DNA from: a virus
Virus record (IMG/VR): IMGVR_UViG_3300045988_076196
Location: 1 to 64,000 of that record
Length of the DNA: 64,000 bases
Strand: one strand, 5' to 3'
Position numbers and translations under genes: made by a program
In this document: piece after piece, positions 1-10,321 of the stretch
How the letters are laid out: each line of letters begins with the position of its first letter
How positions within the stretch are numbered: position 1 is the stretch's first letter
Notes under the pieces: generated by a model
The model's database searches: none
The model's input: the letters and a program-made list of their open reading frames with translations, nothing else
Told to the model about the DNA's origin: nothing

Positions 1-11
1 GCCCATAACAT
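1..11 (-). CDS. start of a leftward gene that runs off the window (partial)
   Basis: minus strand AAGGAG-6 nt-ATG (ATG 11..9), downstream of promoter 112..140. Confidence 0.3.
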
Positions 12-111
12 ATATTTCTCCTTATCTTAGAAAATATTAAGGTAGGAGAACGAGATAAGCGTTCTCCTTAAAAAAATAGAAGTTGTACACCTTCCATTTA
101 CCCTTATTTAT

Positions 112-140
112 ATTATATCACACATATAGCTATTTGTCAA
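112..140 (-). promoter_or_regulatory. sigma70-type promoter
   Basis: minus strand TTGACA 140..135, 17-nt spacer, TATAAT 117..112. Confidence 0.7.
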
Positions 141-144
141 TATA

Positions 145-2295
145 TTATTTTATTAAAAAATATCGCAAATAAGTATTCCTTTCCTTTTCTTCTTGTACTC
201 TCAATCCCTCTGAAATAGCCGCCTCATCTCCAATCAATATTAGCCGCTCTTGTGCGCGTGATACTGCTGTATAGCACAAGTTACGGCTTAGCATCCTTAC
301 ATGACTTCTATCAATCACTACAATCACAGCCTTTGCTTGGCTACCTTGGCAACTATGAATAGAAATTGCATATGCTAATAGCGTATTCTTAATATGCGCC
401 TTATCTACTATACAATCACCGCAATCATATCGCACAATCATATATGGATCTTTTTCATCAGGCACAATTTCCATCACCGTGCCAATATCGCCATTTGCTA
501 CAAAAGCTGTATCATCATCAACAAGCGGCATAGCATATTCATTCTTTTTGTTGATTACCTTGTCGCCTACTTTGAAATAAATAGGCGTATCATTGACAGT
601 ATGCCCAACCTTGCTTAATTCATTTGGATTGAATTTGGATTGAATCGCCGCATTGATAGCCAATGAGCCAACATCGCCCTTATTGAATGGAGATAAAATC
701 AGCACATCATCCTTACTATATCCATCTGCTAATAACTGCGCATATTCTTGTTCAATTTGCTTGATTACTAATGTATCAGTTTCAATGAACTTATAATCTG
801 TGAAAGTATCTGTCAGATGGTCATTTACTCCGTTTCGTACATCAGTAGCTATGGTAATAATGCCAGACGTGTTGTATCTGAACACCTTAGTCAAGTTGCA
901 TACAGGCACGATGCCGCTATCAAGCATATCCTCAACAATGTTGCCGCAAGCAATAGATGAAAGCTGAGATGGGTCAGCTATGAAGATGATTTTGGTAGTA
1001 TCTGTTACTTTGTCAAATAGCATTGATAGTAAATGAACGCTAACCATGCCCATCTCATCAATTAGAACATAATCGCCTAGATTACCACCACAAGCCAAAA
1101 ACATATGAATGGTATTGGCTTCACGCCCTGTTGCTTCTCTTAGCCTCTTTGCCGCAATTCCAGTTGGGGATAAGAGGGTATAAGTATAATCATTGGCTTC
1201 TAGCATCTCAATGATTGCCTTGGTTGTTTGACTCTTGCCTGTACCAGCCGAGCCAGTCAACATCATCACATCCTGCTTACAAGCCATCTCAAGAATCTGT
1301 GCCTGTTCATCAGTCAACTCTAATCCGTCTACACTTGTAAACTTCTGCCAATCCATAGGGTAATAATGTGGATTGGTTATTTTTTTCTTGACAACATCAG
1401 CAATATGTTCTTCAGCACTATACGTTGCTTGTAGAGCAGTGTTTTGGCTAGGCGCGTCATAATGTACTTGCGCCGATTTCGTCACAACATCGAGGAGGCG
1501 ATGAACGCATTGAGGAGCTTTACACTTAACCATATCAAATAACTGTTTAGCTTGCATCCTTGTATTACCGTCCAGCTCATTATGTTTTAGAGCATATATA
1601 GTAGCCGCTTCACATCGTTCATAGCTATCCAACCAAATTGCTGTTTTATTGATTATTGCTCTATCTGCTCTATCAAATGACCATTCAAGCAAGTTAATCA
1701 TAATGGCGTATGGATTAGCATTTATATCCTTGCTAAATCCATATACATTTTTATATGTCGCGGCGATTTTGTTTATGTCCTCATCATGCTCAATGCCCCA
1801 AGCATATGTTTCGCCCATAAATTCAACACGCTTGTTGATCGTTTTGATTTTATCGATATATCTGGGCAATAGCACCTTGCCTACGCCACGAATTTTTTTG
1901 TAGTCCAGCTTGGCTTCTTCCCCATTCAGCACCATACTGACAAAGTGAGGATATGCGGCATGGCATGATTCAGCTTGCCCATTGGTCATTAAGCTACGTA
2001 GCGTCTGTAATTCTGCTTTTTCAGTCAAGTTGAATTTGCCATCTTTAGCTACAAATCCAGCAAATCCAATGAATTTATAGCTATATTTATACTTGTCATC
2101 CTCACATGGCTCTATAATACAATCAATGGATTGCCCCATTTTCAAGTCGACAATGCCAGCTCCTTTTAAGCTGATTGTACCATATTGAGGGTGACATTCT
2201 ATTGATTCATCCTTAGTACGACATGATATAATTGAGAAATTGGATTCAGGGTTATTGAATATCATGCGCATTGGGGTTAATTTTACTGTTTGCAT
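145..2295 (-). CDS. RecD/Dda-like SF1B DNA helicase
   Basis: Walker A LTGSAGTGKS, Walker B VLIDEMGMV, C-terminal SIHSCQGSQAKAVIVV motif. ATG 2295 overlaps the upstream stop (TGATG); the ORF track extends to TTG 2298. Confidence 0.9.
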   Translation of the reverse strand: MQTVKLTPMRMIFNNPESNFSIISCRTKDESIECHPQYGTISLKGAGIVDLKMGQSIDCIIEPCEDDKYKYSYKFIGFAGFVAKDGKFNLTEKAELQTLRSLMTNGQAESCHAAYPHFVSMVLNGEEAKLDYKKIRGVGKVLLPRYIDKIKTINKRVEFMGETYAWGIEHDEDINKIAATYKNVYGFSKDINANPYAIMINLLEWSFDRADRAIINKTAIWLDSYERCEAATIYALKHNELDGNTRMQAKQLFDMVKCKAPQCVHRLLDVVTKSAQVHYDAPSQNTALQATYSAEEHIADVVKKKITNPHYYPMDWQKFTSVDGLELTDEQAQILEMACKQDVMMLTGSAGTGKSQTTKAIIEMLEANDYTYTLLSPTGIAAKRLREATGREANTIHMFLACGGNLGDYVLIDEMGMVSVHLLSMLFDKVTDTTKIIFIADPSQLSSIACGNIVEDMLDSGIVPVCNLTKVFRYNTSGIITIATDVRNGVNDHLTDTFTDYKFIETDTLVIKQIEQEYAQLLADGYSKDDVLILSPFNKGDVGSLAINAAIQSKFNPNELSKVGHTVNDTPIYFKVGDKVINKKNEYAMPLVDDDTAFVANGDIGTVMEIVPDEKDPYMIVRYDCGDCIVDKAHIKNTLLAYAISIHSCQGSQAKAVIVVIDRSHVRMLSRNLCYTAVSRAQERLILIGDEAAISEGLRVQEEKERNTYLRYFLIK

Positions 2296-2552
2296 CAATC
2301 CTGTTCCTCAACCAACAATTCATCCCATTGTTCAATAATCATCTTCATCAATTCAGTTGCTCCCCAAGCTGGTTCAAATCCAACACTATATGCGCAACGA
2401 ATATGCGATGTGCCAATAAATGTAACCCACCTATATTTGCTTGCTACTACCTTAAATTCATCGCCAACAATGATTACATTTGCTTTTAGCAAACTATTAC
2501 AGATATGACATACAGCATCAAGCCATGCTTCATAAGTTAATACGTCTTGCAT
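2295..2552 (-). CDS. hypothetical protein (85 aa)
   Basis: AAAGGAGGTG RBS upstream of the ATG; stop overlaps the helicase start. Confidence 0.6.
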   Translation of the reverse strand: MQDVLTYEAWLDAVCHICNSLLKANVIIVGDEFKVVASKYRWVTFIGTSHIRCAYSVGFEPAWGATELMKMIIEQWDELLVEEQD

Positions 2553-2567
2553 TGGGTTACACCTCCT

Positions 2568-2753
2568 TTATCTCAAATCAACAATAGCACAAATCTCAAC
2601 AATCACATCATCATATTTATCAAAACCAGCTTGCTTTTTGACAAAATCTCTTGCTTCGTTTTTCCCTGTGAGTTTTGGTGTAATTATAATCCTACATTCG
2701 TCCCTGCGCGTATCTCTAACTTTTACAATATAATTGCACATATTATAAAACAA
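2568..2753 (-). CDS. hypothetical protein (61 aa)
   Basis: ACAGGAGG RBS; first ORF after promoter 2776..2804. Confidence 0.55.
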   Translation of the reverse strand: MFYNMCNYIVKVRDTRRDECRIIITPKLTGKNEARDFVKKQAGFDKYDDVIVEICAIVDLR

Positions 2754-2775
2754 CCTCCTGTTCTTTGATAAATCA

Positions 2776-2804
2776 AGTATACCATAGAATCAGGAGGTTG
2801 TCAA
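2776..2804 (-). promoter_or_regulatory. sigma70-type promoter
   Basis: minus strand TTGACA 2804..2799, 17 nt, TATACT 2781..2776. Confidence 0.65.
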
Positions 2805-2817
2805 TACCCTATTTTAA

Positions 2818-2997
2818 TTATTTTTCAATCATTTTCTTTAATTCTTCAAATAGCTCATTACCACAAATAGGACAAGTAGAATCAATATCAACCACATATT
2901 TTTCGTCTACCATTAAGCCGCAATTTGGGCATTTGATAGGCGCATATTTTAGTGGATTCTCAATTCGTTTGCGACGATTTCTTTCTGCTCTGCTCAA
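2818..2997 (-). CDS. small zinc-ribbon protein (59 aa, below ORF-track cutoff)
   Basis: TTG start inside the AATTGA overlap with the DHH gene stop; CPNC...CPIC pairs; open to TAA at 2818. Confidence 0.45.
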   Translation of the reverse strand: MSRAERNRRKRIENPLKYAPIKCPNCGLMVDEKYVVDIDSTCPICGNELFEELKKMIEK

Positions 2998-4667
2998 TTA
3001 AAATATTCACTCCAATCAATTTCATTTTCATTTGGCTTATCAATAATCTCATATCGCTCAATAATAGCTTGTGGCTTAATCTGTCCATTATATTCGTTCA
3101 ACCCAAGTGATACTACTACCTCTATAGATTTACCTTGAGCAAATTCAAATTGATTTGCTTCTTCATTATTAACAAAGAATTTTATGAACTCAATGCCATC
3201 CTGAACCAGCTTTACAGTAGTTGAGCGATTACGATAGATATAGATTTGAGGTGATGATAGGGTTAGATGGAATAGTGGCTTTGGTGTTCCTGTCCCCCAT
3301 AGGATATTATTTTCTACACACACATTTGCAAGATTGCGTGTGATATTATTAGGTTCGATCTGAGCCGCAACCTTAATATCTGGTTCTACGTCCAAATCAA
3401 GCCCATCTAAGAATCGTGCAAATCTCTTGAGATTGCTTTTCTTTACTGTGATACCAGCTGCGGCATCATGCCCTTGACATTTAGCCAATCCTGATTCATT
3501 GATAATCTCAAGCAAATCAATAGGACTACGCATTGAGCCAGACCATGTTGTGCTGTTTAGCTCTCTTAGCAGGAATGTTGGCTTATTATATTTACCACAG
3601 AATTTATTTGCTACAAGCCCTAAATAGGACTTATTCTCAGGTTCACCAAATCCGATAATGACTTTATGAGACGTATCAAGCCCATCTGACAGTTTATCTA
3701 CGACTTTCTTAACTTGATAATCCTGCTTAGACTTTACGGCTTTCATAGCTTTCACAGCCGCTTCTGGCTCAATCTTACCAATCAGCGCATCAAAGAATAG
3801 CCGCTTAGTAGATTGGTCGTCACTACGAGCAAGTGCATTAGCAAGAGGCGCAATACCAAATGCAACACCCTCTGGATTAACGCCACGATTGCAACAATGC
3901 TCTAGGCAGTATTTGATGAATGGATTAGTTGGATTGGTCAAGCCGTCATATATATATTTGCGGTTCTCAGGTGAACGCAAGCTGCAAATATCAGAGATTA
4001 GGCTAATGGCTACTAAATCTTTGAAAGATTGAGCAGAGCCAAGCGCACAAGCAAATTTTTCTACAACGCCCGTACCGCTAATATCTGTGTTGATATTTGG
4101 TGTATTATCGGCTCGATATGGGTTGATTACTGTAGCATATCTATTTTGCTTCTCAATAATATGATGGTCTAAGATGATAATATCAATTCCCATACACATC
4201 AGTTCTTCACATTGGTATGTATCATTTGACCCGGCATCTGGCACGATTAGTAAATCTATCTCATCAATAGCGATTTGACTTGCTAGGTCTGATAGCCCAT
4301 GCTCTTTACCAGCGTGAGAGTAGATATGAATATCTTCTAACCCGTTCTCAATACATAGCATATAGACGATAGCCGCAGAACAAGCACCGTCCATATCGGA
4401 ATCAATAACAATACCAACAGAGCCTTTAGTGTGATTGAATAAATTTACAGCCACATCCATATTCTTATACATATTAGGCGATTGATATTCAATGCTATCT
4501 GGATTTAGATATGCGTCAACATCAGCTATGCCACAAGCAGATAAATATTCCCTTAAAAATGTGGTTTCATTAAGGGAATCAAGTAGTGGATGAATCTTAA
4601 TCTGAATCACCATCCTTTTCTGGTAAGTTGATATATGCCCACTGGTCATTATATAGTGCGTCGCCAA
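2994..4667 (-). CDS. DHH/DHHA1 phosphoesterase, RecJ-like ssDNA exonuclease
   Basis: motifs DSDMDG, VPDAGS, ILDHH and QGHDAAAG; start uncertain (TTG 4667, ATG 4649 or ATG 4613). Confidence 0.85.
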   Translation of the reverse strand: MATHYIMTSGHISTYQKRMVIQIKIHPLLDSLNETTFLREYLSACGIADVDAYLNPDSIEYQSPNMYKNMDVAVNLFNHTKGSVGIVIDSDMDGACSAAIVYMLCIENGLEDIHIYSHAGKEHGLSDLASQIAIDEIDLLIVPDAGSNDTYQCEELMCMGIDIIILDHHIIEKQNRYATVINPYRADNTPNINTDISGTGVVEKFACALGSAQSFKDLVAISLISDICSLRSPENRKYIYDGLTNPTNPFIKYCLEHCCNRGVNPEGVAFGIAPLANALARSDDQSTKRLFFDALIGKIEPEAAVKAMKAVKSKQDYQVKKVVDKLSDGLDTSHKVIIGFGEPENKSYLGLVANKFCGKYNKPTFLLRELNSTTWSGSMRSPIDLLEIINESGLAKCQGHDAAAGITVKKSNLKRFARFLDGLDLDVEPDIKVAAQIEPNNITRNLANVCVENNILWGTGTPKPLFHLTLSSPQIYIYRNRSTTVKLVQDGIEFIKFFVNNEEANQFEFAQGKSIEVVVSLGLNEYNGQIKPQAIIERYEIIDKPNENEIDWSEYFN

Positions 4668-4827
4668 CAGACCCGTCAGTACCTAACCAAATAAGCCCAT
4701 CTTCCGCATCTTTATCTTCTTCTAGGCATCCAACATATACGTCTGCATAGTCAGATAAAGAATCGCATACTAACACGTCAACTTCATATGGCGGTAGTTT
4801 ATCCACAATTTTATGCCATTCAATCAT
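4597..4827 (-). CDS. hypothetical protein (76 aa)
   Basis: ORF on the operon strand; ATGA-type overlap with the upstream gene. Confidence 0.5.
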   Translation of the reverse strand: MIEWHKIVDKLPPYEVDVLVCDSLSDYADVYVGCLEEDKDAEDGLIWLGTDGSVGDALYNDQWAYINLPEKDGDSD

Positions 4828-5219
4828 TCTTTCTCTCCTCCAATCTTAAATAGTCTACCTTTCTTAGCTCTAAGATAACCAAAACGGTATGCTAAAGCAA
4901 TAGCTTTGACAACTTCATCTGCATTGAACATTGTATGGTCACGATAATAATAGTCATATTTTAGAACGTCGGCATTGTTCAGCTTCGGCTTGAGCATGGT
5001 ATAGATTTCATCATCTGACAACGCATACTCATCGATTTTAACTAGCTTATCTTCATCATAGTTATATCCAGACAGTTGCATTTCATATACTTTCTTTTTA
5101 TTAAATGCAACAAAGACATGACAACCATACTTGTCTTCAACGATACAATTAACCTCGCCAATTTCTTCATCTGGTTTGGTTGTGCGCGCTACCTTATCTC
5201 CTACTTTGAATTTACTCAT
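4824..5219 (-). CDS. hypothetical protein (131 aa)
   Basis: AAGGAGG RBS; first ORF after promoter 5253..5281. Confidence 0.65.
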   Translation of the reverse strand: MSKFKVGDKVARTTKPDEEIGEVNCIVEDKYGCHVFVAFNKKKVYEMQLSGYNYDEDKLVKIDEYALSDDEIYTMLKPKLNNADVLKYDYYYRDHTMFNADEVVKAIALAYRFGYLRAKKGRLFKIGGEKE

Positions 5220-5252
5220 AATAAAATCAACCTCCTTATTGTTGATATGGCA

Positions 5253-5281
5253 ATTATATCATAAAGAGGTTGATTTGTCAA
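5253..5281 (-). promoter_or_regulatory. sigma70-type promoter
   Basis: minus strand TTGACA 5281..5276, 17 nt, TATAAT 5258..5253. Confidence 0.75.
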
Positions 5282-5290
5282 GTATTAAAT

Positions 5291-5602
5291 TTATAGGATT
5301 TTGCCATCCCAAGGCTTATATTCGTAACCGCAATTGGGGCAATAATTAGCCTCAACTAGCTCATAATGCCAACCACATCTAGCACAAACACCATAGTATG
5401 AGCCATCTGTATTACGTCGGTGTTGCCATTTTAGCTTTGTTTCATATAGTTGTTTATATCTATCGCAATATTCTCTACGCCTAGCATCGCATATGCTTGG
5501 TTCTTTCTCGCCCCAGCATTCTGTTACTTTTACTTCTTTCCATTCGCCACATACGCATTCATAGCGGATGCCATCATGTGCATACTTACATTCGCCTCTC
5601 AT
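5291..5602 (-). CDS. Cys-rich small protein (103 aa, 10 Cys)
   Basis: CxC/CxxC pairs; stop/start overlap with the primase gene. Confidence 0.6.
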   Translation of the reverse strand: MRGECKYAHDGIRYECVCGEWKEVKVTECWGEKEPSICDARRREYCDRYKQLYETKLKWQHRRNTDGSYYGVCARCGWHYELVEANYCPNCGYEYKPWDGKIL

Positions 5603-6675
5603 ACTCTTACCCTACTTTCCCATAATTTCATCGCTTGCTCATATGGTATATCCATCATATTGCATTTATACATATCATAACCTTGGTTGTTATATACTAT
5701 CGAGCAGTTAAAAAAAGGATGCAACTTAGCCGCCAGCTTCTTCATCTTAACAACAAAGAACTTAAATTCATCATCACCTACTTGCTTATAGTCACTATCA
5801 AACGCAAGCACCACATCATTCACGCCCAACTCTAGTAATAGCTGAATATGTTGCTTGCTTATATTAGAGCCAAAGACGGCTAGAGCATTATCTATGCCAT
5901 ATTTGGGTGCTTTTAGCACAGATTTTTCACTTTCAAATAGCACTACTTGGCGCGATTTTTCAATAGCGGCTTTATTCTGGTCATAGCCATACAGACAAGC
6001 CGATGATGGGAATTTTAATACTGTCCCATCTAATGTACATATTGGTCTATATTTTCCTTTAGCCACATCCTGTTCTCTTGTATATCGCCCCCTTACGCCT
6101 ACTAGTTGACCATTAAACATGACAGGTATGGAAATACACGCCTGACGTGCATACCAGCCTATACCAAATTTATCAAGTATATCCGCTGAAATGCCATAAT
6201 CCAGCCATTCTTGCGGATATAAATTGTCAAACAGGGATAACATAGACTTGTCATACGTTAAGAGCTTATCTGGCTCTGGTTCAGCATTAGGCAGAAATCT
6301 CCGCAATTCGGCCCAGTTATCAAGTTGCTCATTTTGCTCTATTTGTCCTACTTGTAGATGCAGGACAGAGCATATATATGATACGGCTTGATTGAAGTCA
6401 ATATGCTTGACGTGCTTAACTAGAGATATGGTATCACCTGAAAATCCGCAACTCCAACAGTGGAATGAACCAGATTCTATATAATACCATAATTTTGGCT
6501 TATGCTTATCCCAATTAGCACCCCAATGACAAATTGAGCCGAATATCAGATTATTGCTATCAGCCTTCATCAATGGCGCACCCATAGCATCCATTAGCTC
6601 TATAATGCGGTCATCGGTTAGCTGAGATTTGAGAGATTGAATGTCAATCATAATAGCGCCCGTTTTTCCAACCAT
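5599..6675 (-). CDS. DNA primase (CHC2 zinc finger + TOPRIM)
   Basis: CHWGANW...HCWSCGFSGD zinc finger; TOPRIM LFESEKS and LAFDSD. Confidence 0.85.
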   Translation of the reverse strand: MVGKTGAIMIDIQSLKSQLTDDRIIELMDAMGAPLMKADSNNLIFGSICHWGANWDKHKPKLWYYIESGSFHCWSCGFSGDTISLVKHVKHIDFNQAVSYICSVLHLQVGQIEQNEQLDNWAELRRFLPNAEPEPDKLLTYDKSMLSLFDNLYPQEWLDYGISADILDKFGIGWYARQACISIPVMFNGQLVGVRGRYTREQDVAKGKYRPICTLDGTVLKFPSSACLYGYDQNKAAIEKSRQVVLFESEKSVLKAPKYGIDNALAVFGSNISKQHIQLLLELGVNDVVLAFDSDYKQVGDDEFKFFVVKMKKLAAKLHPFFNCSIVYNNQGYDMYKCNMMDIPYEQAMKLWESRVRV

Positions 6676-6913
6676 ATGGCACTATCCATATATTATCATT
6701 ATCTTTTAACACGGCGGTTTCTTTGATAATATGCACATCTGCATCTAATTTGTTAATCCATTCTTTGTGTTGTTCATAAGTCGAACAAGAGATAAGAAGT
6801 GTTGGCGGTGCAACTGGGTTAGTCGCTTTAACGGCGTTACACATATCTATAAAATGTTCGAGATAAATTTCTTCTTCTGTTTTGTCCCCGTCTATTGTGT
6901 GGATTTGTCGCAT
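6644..6913 (-). CDS. hypothetical protein (89 aa)
   Basis: ORF on the operon strand, overlapping its neighbours. Confidence 0.5.
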   Translation of the reverse strand: MRQIHTIDGDKTEEEIYLEHFIDMCNAVKATNPVAPPTLLISCSTYEQHKEWINKLDADVHIIKETAVLKDNDNIWIVPYGWKNGRYYD

Positions 6914-7119
6914 TAGTTATTCTCCTTATACCACTTAACAATTTCCTCTGGCACATATCTCTGCACTACTTTGACAAATGGCACATCATCATGATATAGT
7001 CCAATCACAATGTCACAGTCTTGAGAATATGGTACATCGGCTAATAGCTCACCTGCATTTGCGGCAATATCTTGAGCACATAGTTGTAGCATATTTACAC
7101 GATTTGCATTGTTTTGCAT
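6913..7119 (-). CDS. hypothetical protein (68 aa)
   Basis: ORF on the operon strand; overlaps 7049..7258 by 71 nt, so one of the two starts or ends is wrong. Confidence 0.4.
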   Translation of the reverse strand: MQNNANRVNMLQLCAQDIAANAGELLADVPYSQDCDIVIGLYHDDVPFVKVVQRYVPEEIVKWYKENN

Positions 7120-7258
7120 TTCTTATCATTCCTTTCAGCAAGATTTTTTGATACCATAATAGCTTGATGTTAAAACATTGTTCAATGAGAATGTCAGGAT
7201 TACGTAGATAAAATTCGCGCCAACTATCAGTATTCTTTTGTTTTAATAATTCATTCAT
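7049..7258 (-). CDS. hypothetical protein; N-terminal 45 aa resemble a terminase large-subunit N-terminus
   Basis: REFYLRNPDILIEQCFNIKLLWYQKILL, compared with the genuine terL FRRNWHIYVDMVLGIKLRPFQ. Confidence 0.4.
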   Translation of the reverse strand: MNELLKQKNTDSWREFYLRNPDILIEQCFNIKLLWYQKILLKGMIRNAKQCKSCKYATTMCSRYCRKCR

Positions 7259-7265
7259 GTGTCAA

Positions 7266-7478
7266 TCATTCTTCAATAATAGGTAATGACATAGCTATTT
7301 TATATTCACAAGTTGGGCACACCTCTGTCTCGTTATATCCCATTGTGTCTACTTTACCGATGATTTTATCGCCACTTTTTCCACCTCTAACAGATACGCG
7401 AAACATTCTGGGTAATTTAATGATATGTCCTGTTACATCAAGTTCTTCTCCACAAATATCACAAAATCGTTTAATCAT
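7266..7478 (-). CDS. zinc-ribbon protein (70 aa)
   Basis: CDIC...CPTC pairs; ATGA overlap with the helicase gene. Confidence 0.6.
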   Translation of the reverse strand: MIKRFCDICGEELDVTGHIIKLPRMFRVSVRGGKSGDKIIGKVDTMGYNETEVCPTCEYKIAMSLPIIEE

Positions 7479-8947
7479 TTAGCATACACCAGCCTTGTCT
7501 TAGTAAGATTATAGGGCTTATCAAATTTAGTCGTTACAAAGCAATCCTTTGTTCGTCCAGTATTCAAATCAAGATAAAAATATATCTTAATACCCTGTTC
7601 AACCTGTGAAAAGCGCATTTTATAGATGTGCAGTACGCGATTCGGCTTTGTTTTATCAGGATATTTCTCCATCATCATATCAGCTATTTCTTGCTCTTTA
7701 CGGCGCAATGGCATAATTACCCCAGCCACATCAGCCTTATTCTGAATCGCTCTTGAGCCAGCTGCAACGCCGCTATCCATAATCTCCTGCGTCATAGCAT
7801 TAGCATTGACCTGAGTGAATGTCAAGACAGCTATATTATATTCAACAGCTAAATCCTTGAGCTTGCTTGCTATACCAGATAACACCTGATCTGAGCGAGT
7901 AGACACGCCATTCTTTTTAGCCAAATCGCTCGATACAGATGATGATTCAACGATATAATCATAGCAGAGATAGCCTACTTGCTTATTTACTACATAATCC
8001 TTTACATAAGATTCAATCAGGTCAACGGTATAATTAGGCATAGTGACGATATATAGCTTAGATTCATGCAGTATTTTAATAGCCTCATCTACACGTTCTT
8101 CTTCGCCTTCTTCATATCGTCCATTTAAGATACTAAAGCATGGAACGCCGCTAATCGTAGCCACAATCTTGGGCGTGATTTCAGTATCACCCGCCATCTC
8201 AAATTGGAGATATAGACCAGCCTTGTGCTGATAACATGGATTATCTACATATTGCCCCTTATCTGTATCATAGATTCTAGGACAGCATACTTGCACTAGA
8301 TTAGCTAAGCCAATAGTTGACTTGCCTACGCCTGAACCAACTGAATAGATGGATAGCTGCCCCGGAATCCAGCCTCTAGCAGCCGTGTTTAGATATTCGC
8401 TAAAGGTCGTTGCGCCAAATAACGGCTCTGTCTTAAATCCCTCTTTGACTGCTTCAAACCCATCCCCGGCTTTTAGCTCATCTATATCTTTATCTTTATA
8501 GAATTGCTTTTTTATAGCTATCTGCTGTGCGTCAAAATATTGTACTATATCCTCTATGGTTGCTTTATCATCTTGCTCAAATTTGTCTACGTTGTAACCA
8601 GCCGTCTTGTAGCTTCTGAGCAATGTGGCTCGGCGCACATTAGCATAATATACGTCAAAATTGCCTACATTAGCAAGCTGTTTGACCGTATCAATGAAAT
8701 CATCTAGTTGATTTAGCTTGAATATGTCCTCTACTTGCTTATTGTTCTTACATAGCATATATAGGTCTAGGTCAGATATGGATTCAGCCCCACGTTTAGC
8801 TAGAGCGACGCACCCTTGCCACAATCTGAGGTGAAAATCGACCGTGAAATCATCACGGCTTAGGGGGTACTTATCAGAAATAGCAAGAGAAGGCTTAATT
8901 AGCAAACAACCTAATAGCAACCTAACAGAATTTTGGTCATAGAGCAA
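7475..8947 (-). CDS. DnaB-like replicative DNA helicase
   Basis: 490 aa; DnaB-type N-terminal domain, Walker A GSGVGKST, RecA-like C-terminal domain. Confidence 0.85.
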   Translation of the reverse strand: MLYDQNSVRLLLGCLLIKPSLAISDKYPLSRDDFTVDFHLRLWQGCVALAKRGAESISDLDLYMLCKNNKQVEDIFKLNQLDDFIDTVKQLANVGNFDVYYANVRRATLLRSYKTAGYNVDKFEQDDKATIEDIVQYFDAQQIAIKKQFYKDKDIDELKAGDGFEAVKEGFKTEPLFGATTFSEYLNTAARGWIPGQLSIYSVGSGVGKSTIGLANLVQVCCPRIYDTDKGQYVDNPCYQHKAGLYLQFEMAGDTEITPKIVATISGVPCFSILNGRYEEGEEERVDEAIKILHESKLYIVTMPNYTVDLIESYVKDYVVNKQVGYLCYDYIVESSSVSSDLAKKNGVSTRSDQVLSGIASKLKDLAVEYNIAVLTFTQVNANAMTQEIMDSGVAAGSRAIQNKADVAGVIMPLRRKEQEIADMMMEKYPDKTKPNRVLHIYKMRFSQVEQGIKIYFYLDLNTGRTKDCFVTTKFDKPYNLTKTRLVYAK

Positions 8948-8950
8948 TGA

Positions 8951-9316
8951 TTATTCCTCCATTATACCCTTAATTTCTTTTACCTTTTCAACATATTCTT
9001 TGAAGCTAAACCACTTATCTTTCATCAGATGACCAATTTTATCAATCGTGTTATGCTCATCTACATGGACACGCACATATTTATTCTTTAGGTCTTCCCA
9101 CTTATCAACCTCAAGCGTTTTCATCAATTCAATGATAGCACCATATCCATCAGATGAGCCATAATGTCCAACTTCACTACACCAATGGTCGAGGCAGTAG
9201 CCACCCATACCACCACCCCAACCAGCGCCTTCAACATAAATATAAGCTGTTAGACAGCCATGATCTTCACCCAATTTAGTCTCTGCAATTTTAGCATTTA
9301 GTGTTTCGTTTCTCAT
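8951..9316 (-). CDS. hypothetical protein (121 aa)
   Basis: ORF on the operon strand. Confidence 0.6.
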   Translation of the reverse strand: MRNETLNAKIAETKLGEDHGCLTAYIYVEGAGWGGGMGGYCLDHWCSEVGHYGSSDGYGAIIELMKTLEVDKWEDLKNKYVRVHVDEHNTIDKIGHLMKDKWFSFKEYVEKVKEIKGIMEE

Positions 9317-9580
9317 TTATACATCCTCCCAATCTAACCGTTGTCCACATTCTTCACAATGCCGGAAATATTTAATAAGCCATTGATAACAATTAGGACA
9401 ATAATAGCTGCTTCCTACACCACAAATAGGAGGTGCTGGTTCTGGCTTAACAGGAATCTGCTTCTTTAATGCCTTAATAATAGTATCCATATACGGCTCA
9501 ATGTCGCTTGTGTCAAGCTGGCCACAAGTTATAGCGTCAAGCGCTTCATCGTATTCATTGACAAATTGTTTCATCATCAA
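9317..9580 (-). CDS. zinc-ribbon protein (87 aa)
   Basis: CPNC...CEEC. Confidence 0.55.
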   Translation of the reverse strand: MMMKQFVNEYDEALDAITCGQLDTSDIEPYMDTIIKALKKQIPVKPEPAPPICGVGSSYYCPNCYQWLIKYFRHCEECGQRLDWEDV

Positions 9581-9818
9581 TCTCCTTTACAACCATATTG
9601 CTCTCATCAGCTCTAAAGCAATGAAAATCAGGACAATAGCCGTAACCTTTAGCAATGTCTTGATGACGCTCATCCTTATATAATCCACATCCTACTAGGC
9701 CACCACAGACAATATTTCCTTCTTTGTTAAAGAAAAAATCGTGATGAACATACATACAGAAATCACAGCAAGCAAACCTAAAGCATTCTTCAGAGCACCC
9801 AATCATTTTATGTTTCAT
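9555..9818 (-). CDS. Cys-rich protein (87 aa)
   Basis: multiple Cys clusters; operon strand. Confidence 0.55.
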   Translation of the reverse strand: MKHKMIGCSEECFRFACCDFCMYVHHDFFFNKEGNIVCGGLVGCGLYKDERHQDIAKGYGYCPDFHCFRADESNMVVKEIDDETICQ

Positions 9819-10321
9819 CCAAACACATCCTCCTCATCATTTCTTTTCACAACCACATTAACCCCATCTTCAGCTTGCCATTGCTGTATATTCTGTCTTA
9901 CCTGATTTAGCCAAGTATAATATTTTTTACATTCATCATATTTATACTTGACCAGTCCAAGTGGCGATTTAGATATATCCAATCCTTGCTCTTTTTGGAT
10001 ATATCTAATAGTATAAGCAATACCACCATATGTCATATCAGGATTATCTTTCATCAACTGGGCAAGTTGGATACCTACAAGCCGCATATTAGCATCAGGG
10101 ACAATTTGACGTATATAATCCAGCAATTTGCGTCTATCATCTTTTGATTCTGTCTTGGTCTTGACGGCATGAGCATTGATATAATCCTGCTTACATTGCT
10201 CACAGCAGAAATAGAATTTAGGCTTATATTCGATTGCATCTTGCTTTGACGTTGATTTACCACATTGACGGCATTTAATTGTAGGTGGCTTGCTCATTTG
10301 CTTACCACCTGTGCGCAACAA
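9815..10321 (-). CDS. hypothetical protein with N-terminal zinc finger (168 aa)
   Basis: CRQCGK...CCEQC. Confidence 0.6.
   Translation of the reverse strand: MLRTGGKQMSKPPTIKCRQCGKSTSKQDAIEYKPKFYFCCEQCKQDYINAHAVKTKTESKDDRRKLLDYIRQIVPDANMRLVGIQLAQLMKDNPDMTYGGIAYTIRYIQKEQGLDISKSPLGLVKYKYDECKKYYTWLNQVRQNIQQWQAEDGVNVVVKRNDEEDVFG

Noticed and set aside
41-70. Hairpin AGGAGAACG..CGTTCTCCT as a terminator
   Set aside because: There is no U-run after the stem on either strand. It lies downstream of promoter 112..140, inside the 5' UTR of the leftward gene, so it is more likely a leader structure.
7049-7258. The TerL-N-terminus-like peptide as evidence for a second, split terminase gene
   Set aside because: The similarity covers only about 30 aa of a loosely conserved segment. 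There are no ATPase or nuclease motifs downstream, and the ORF overlaps another. It is recorded as a feature note only.
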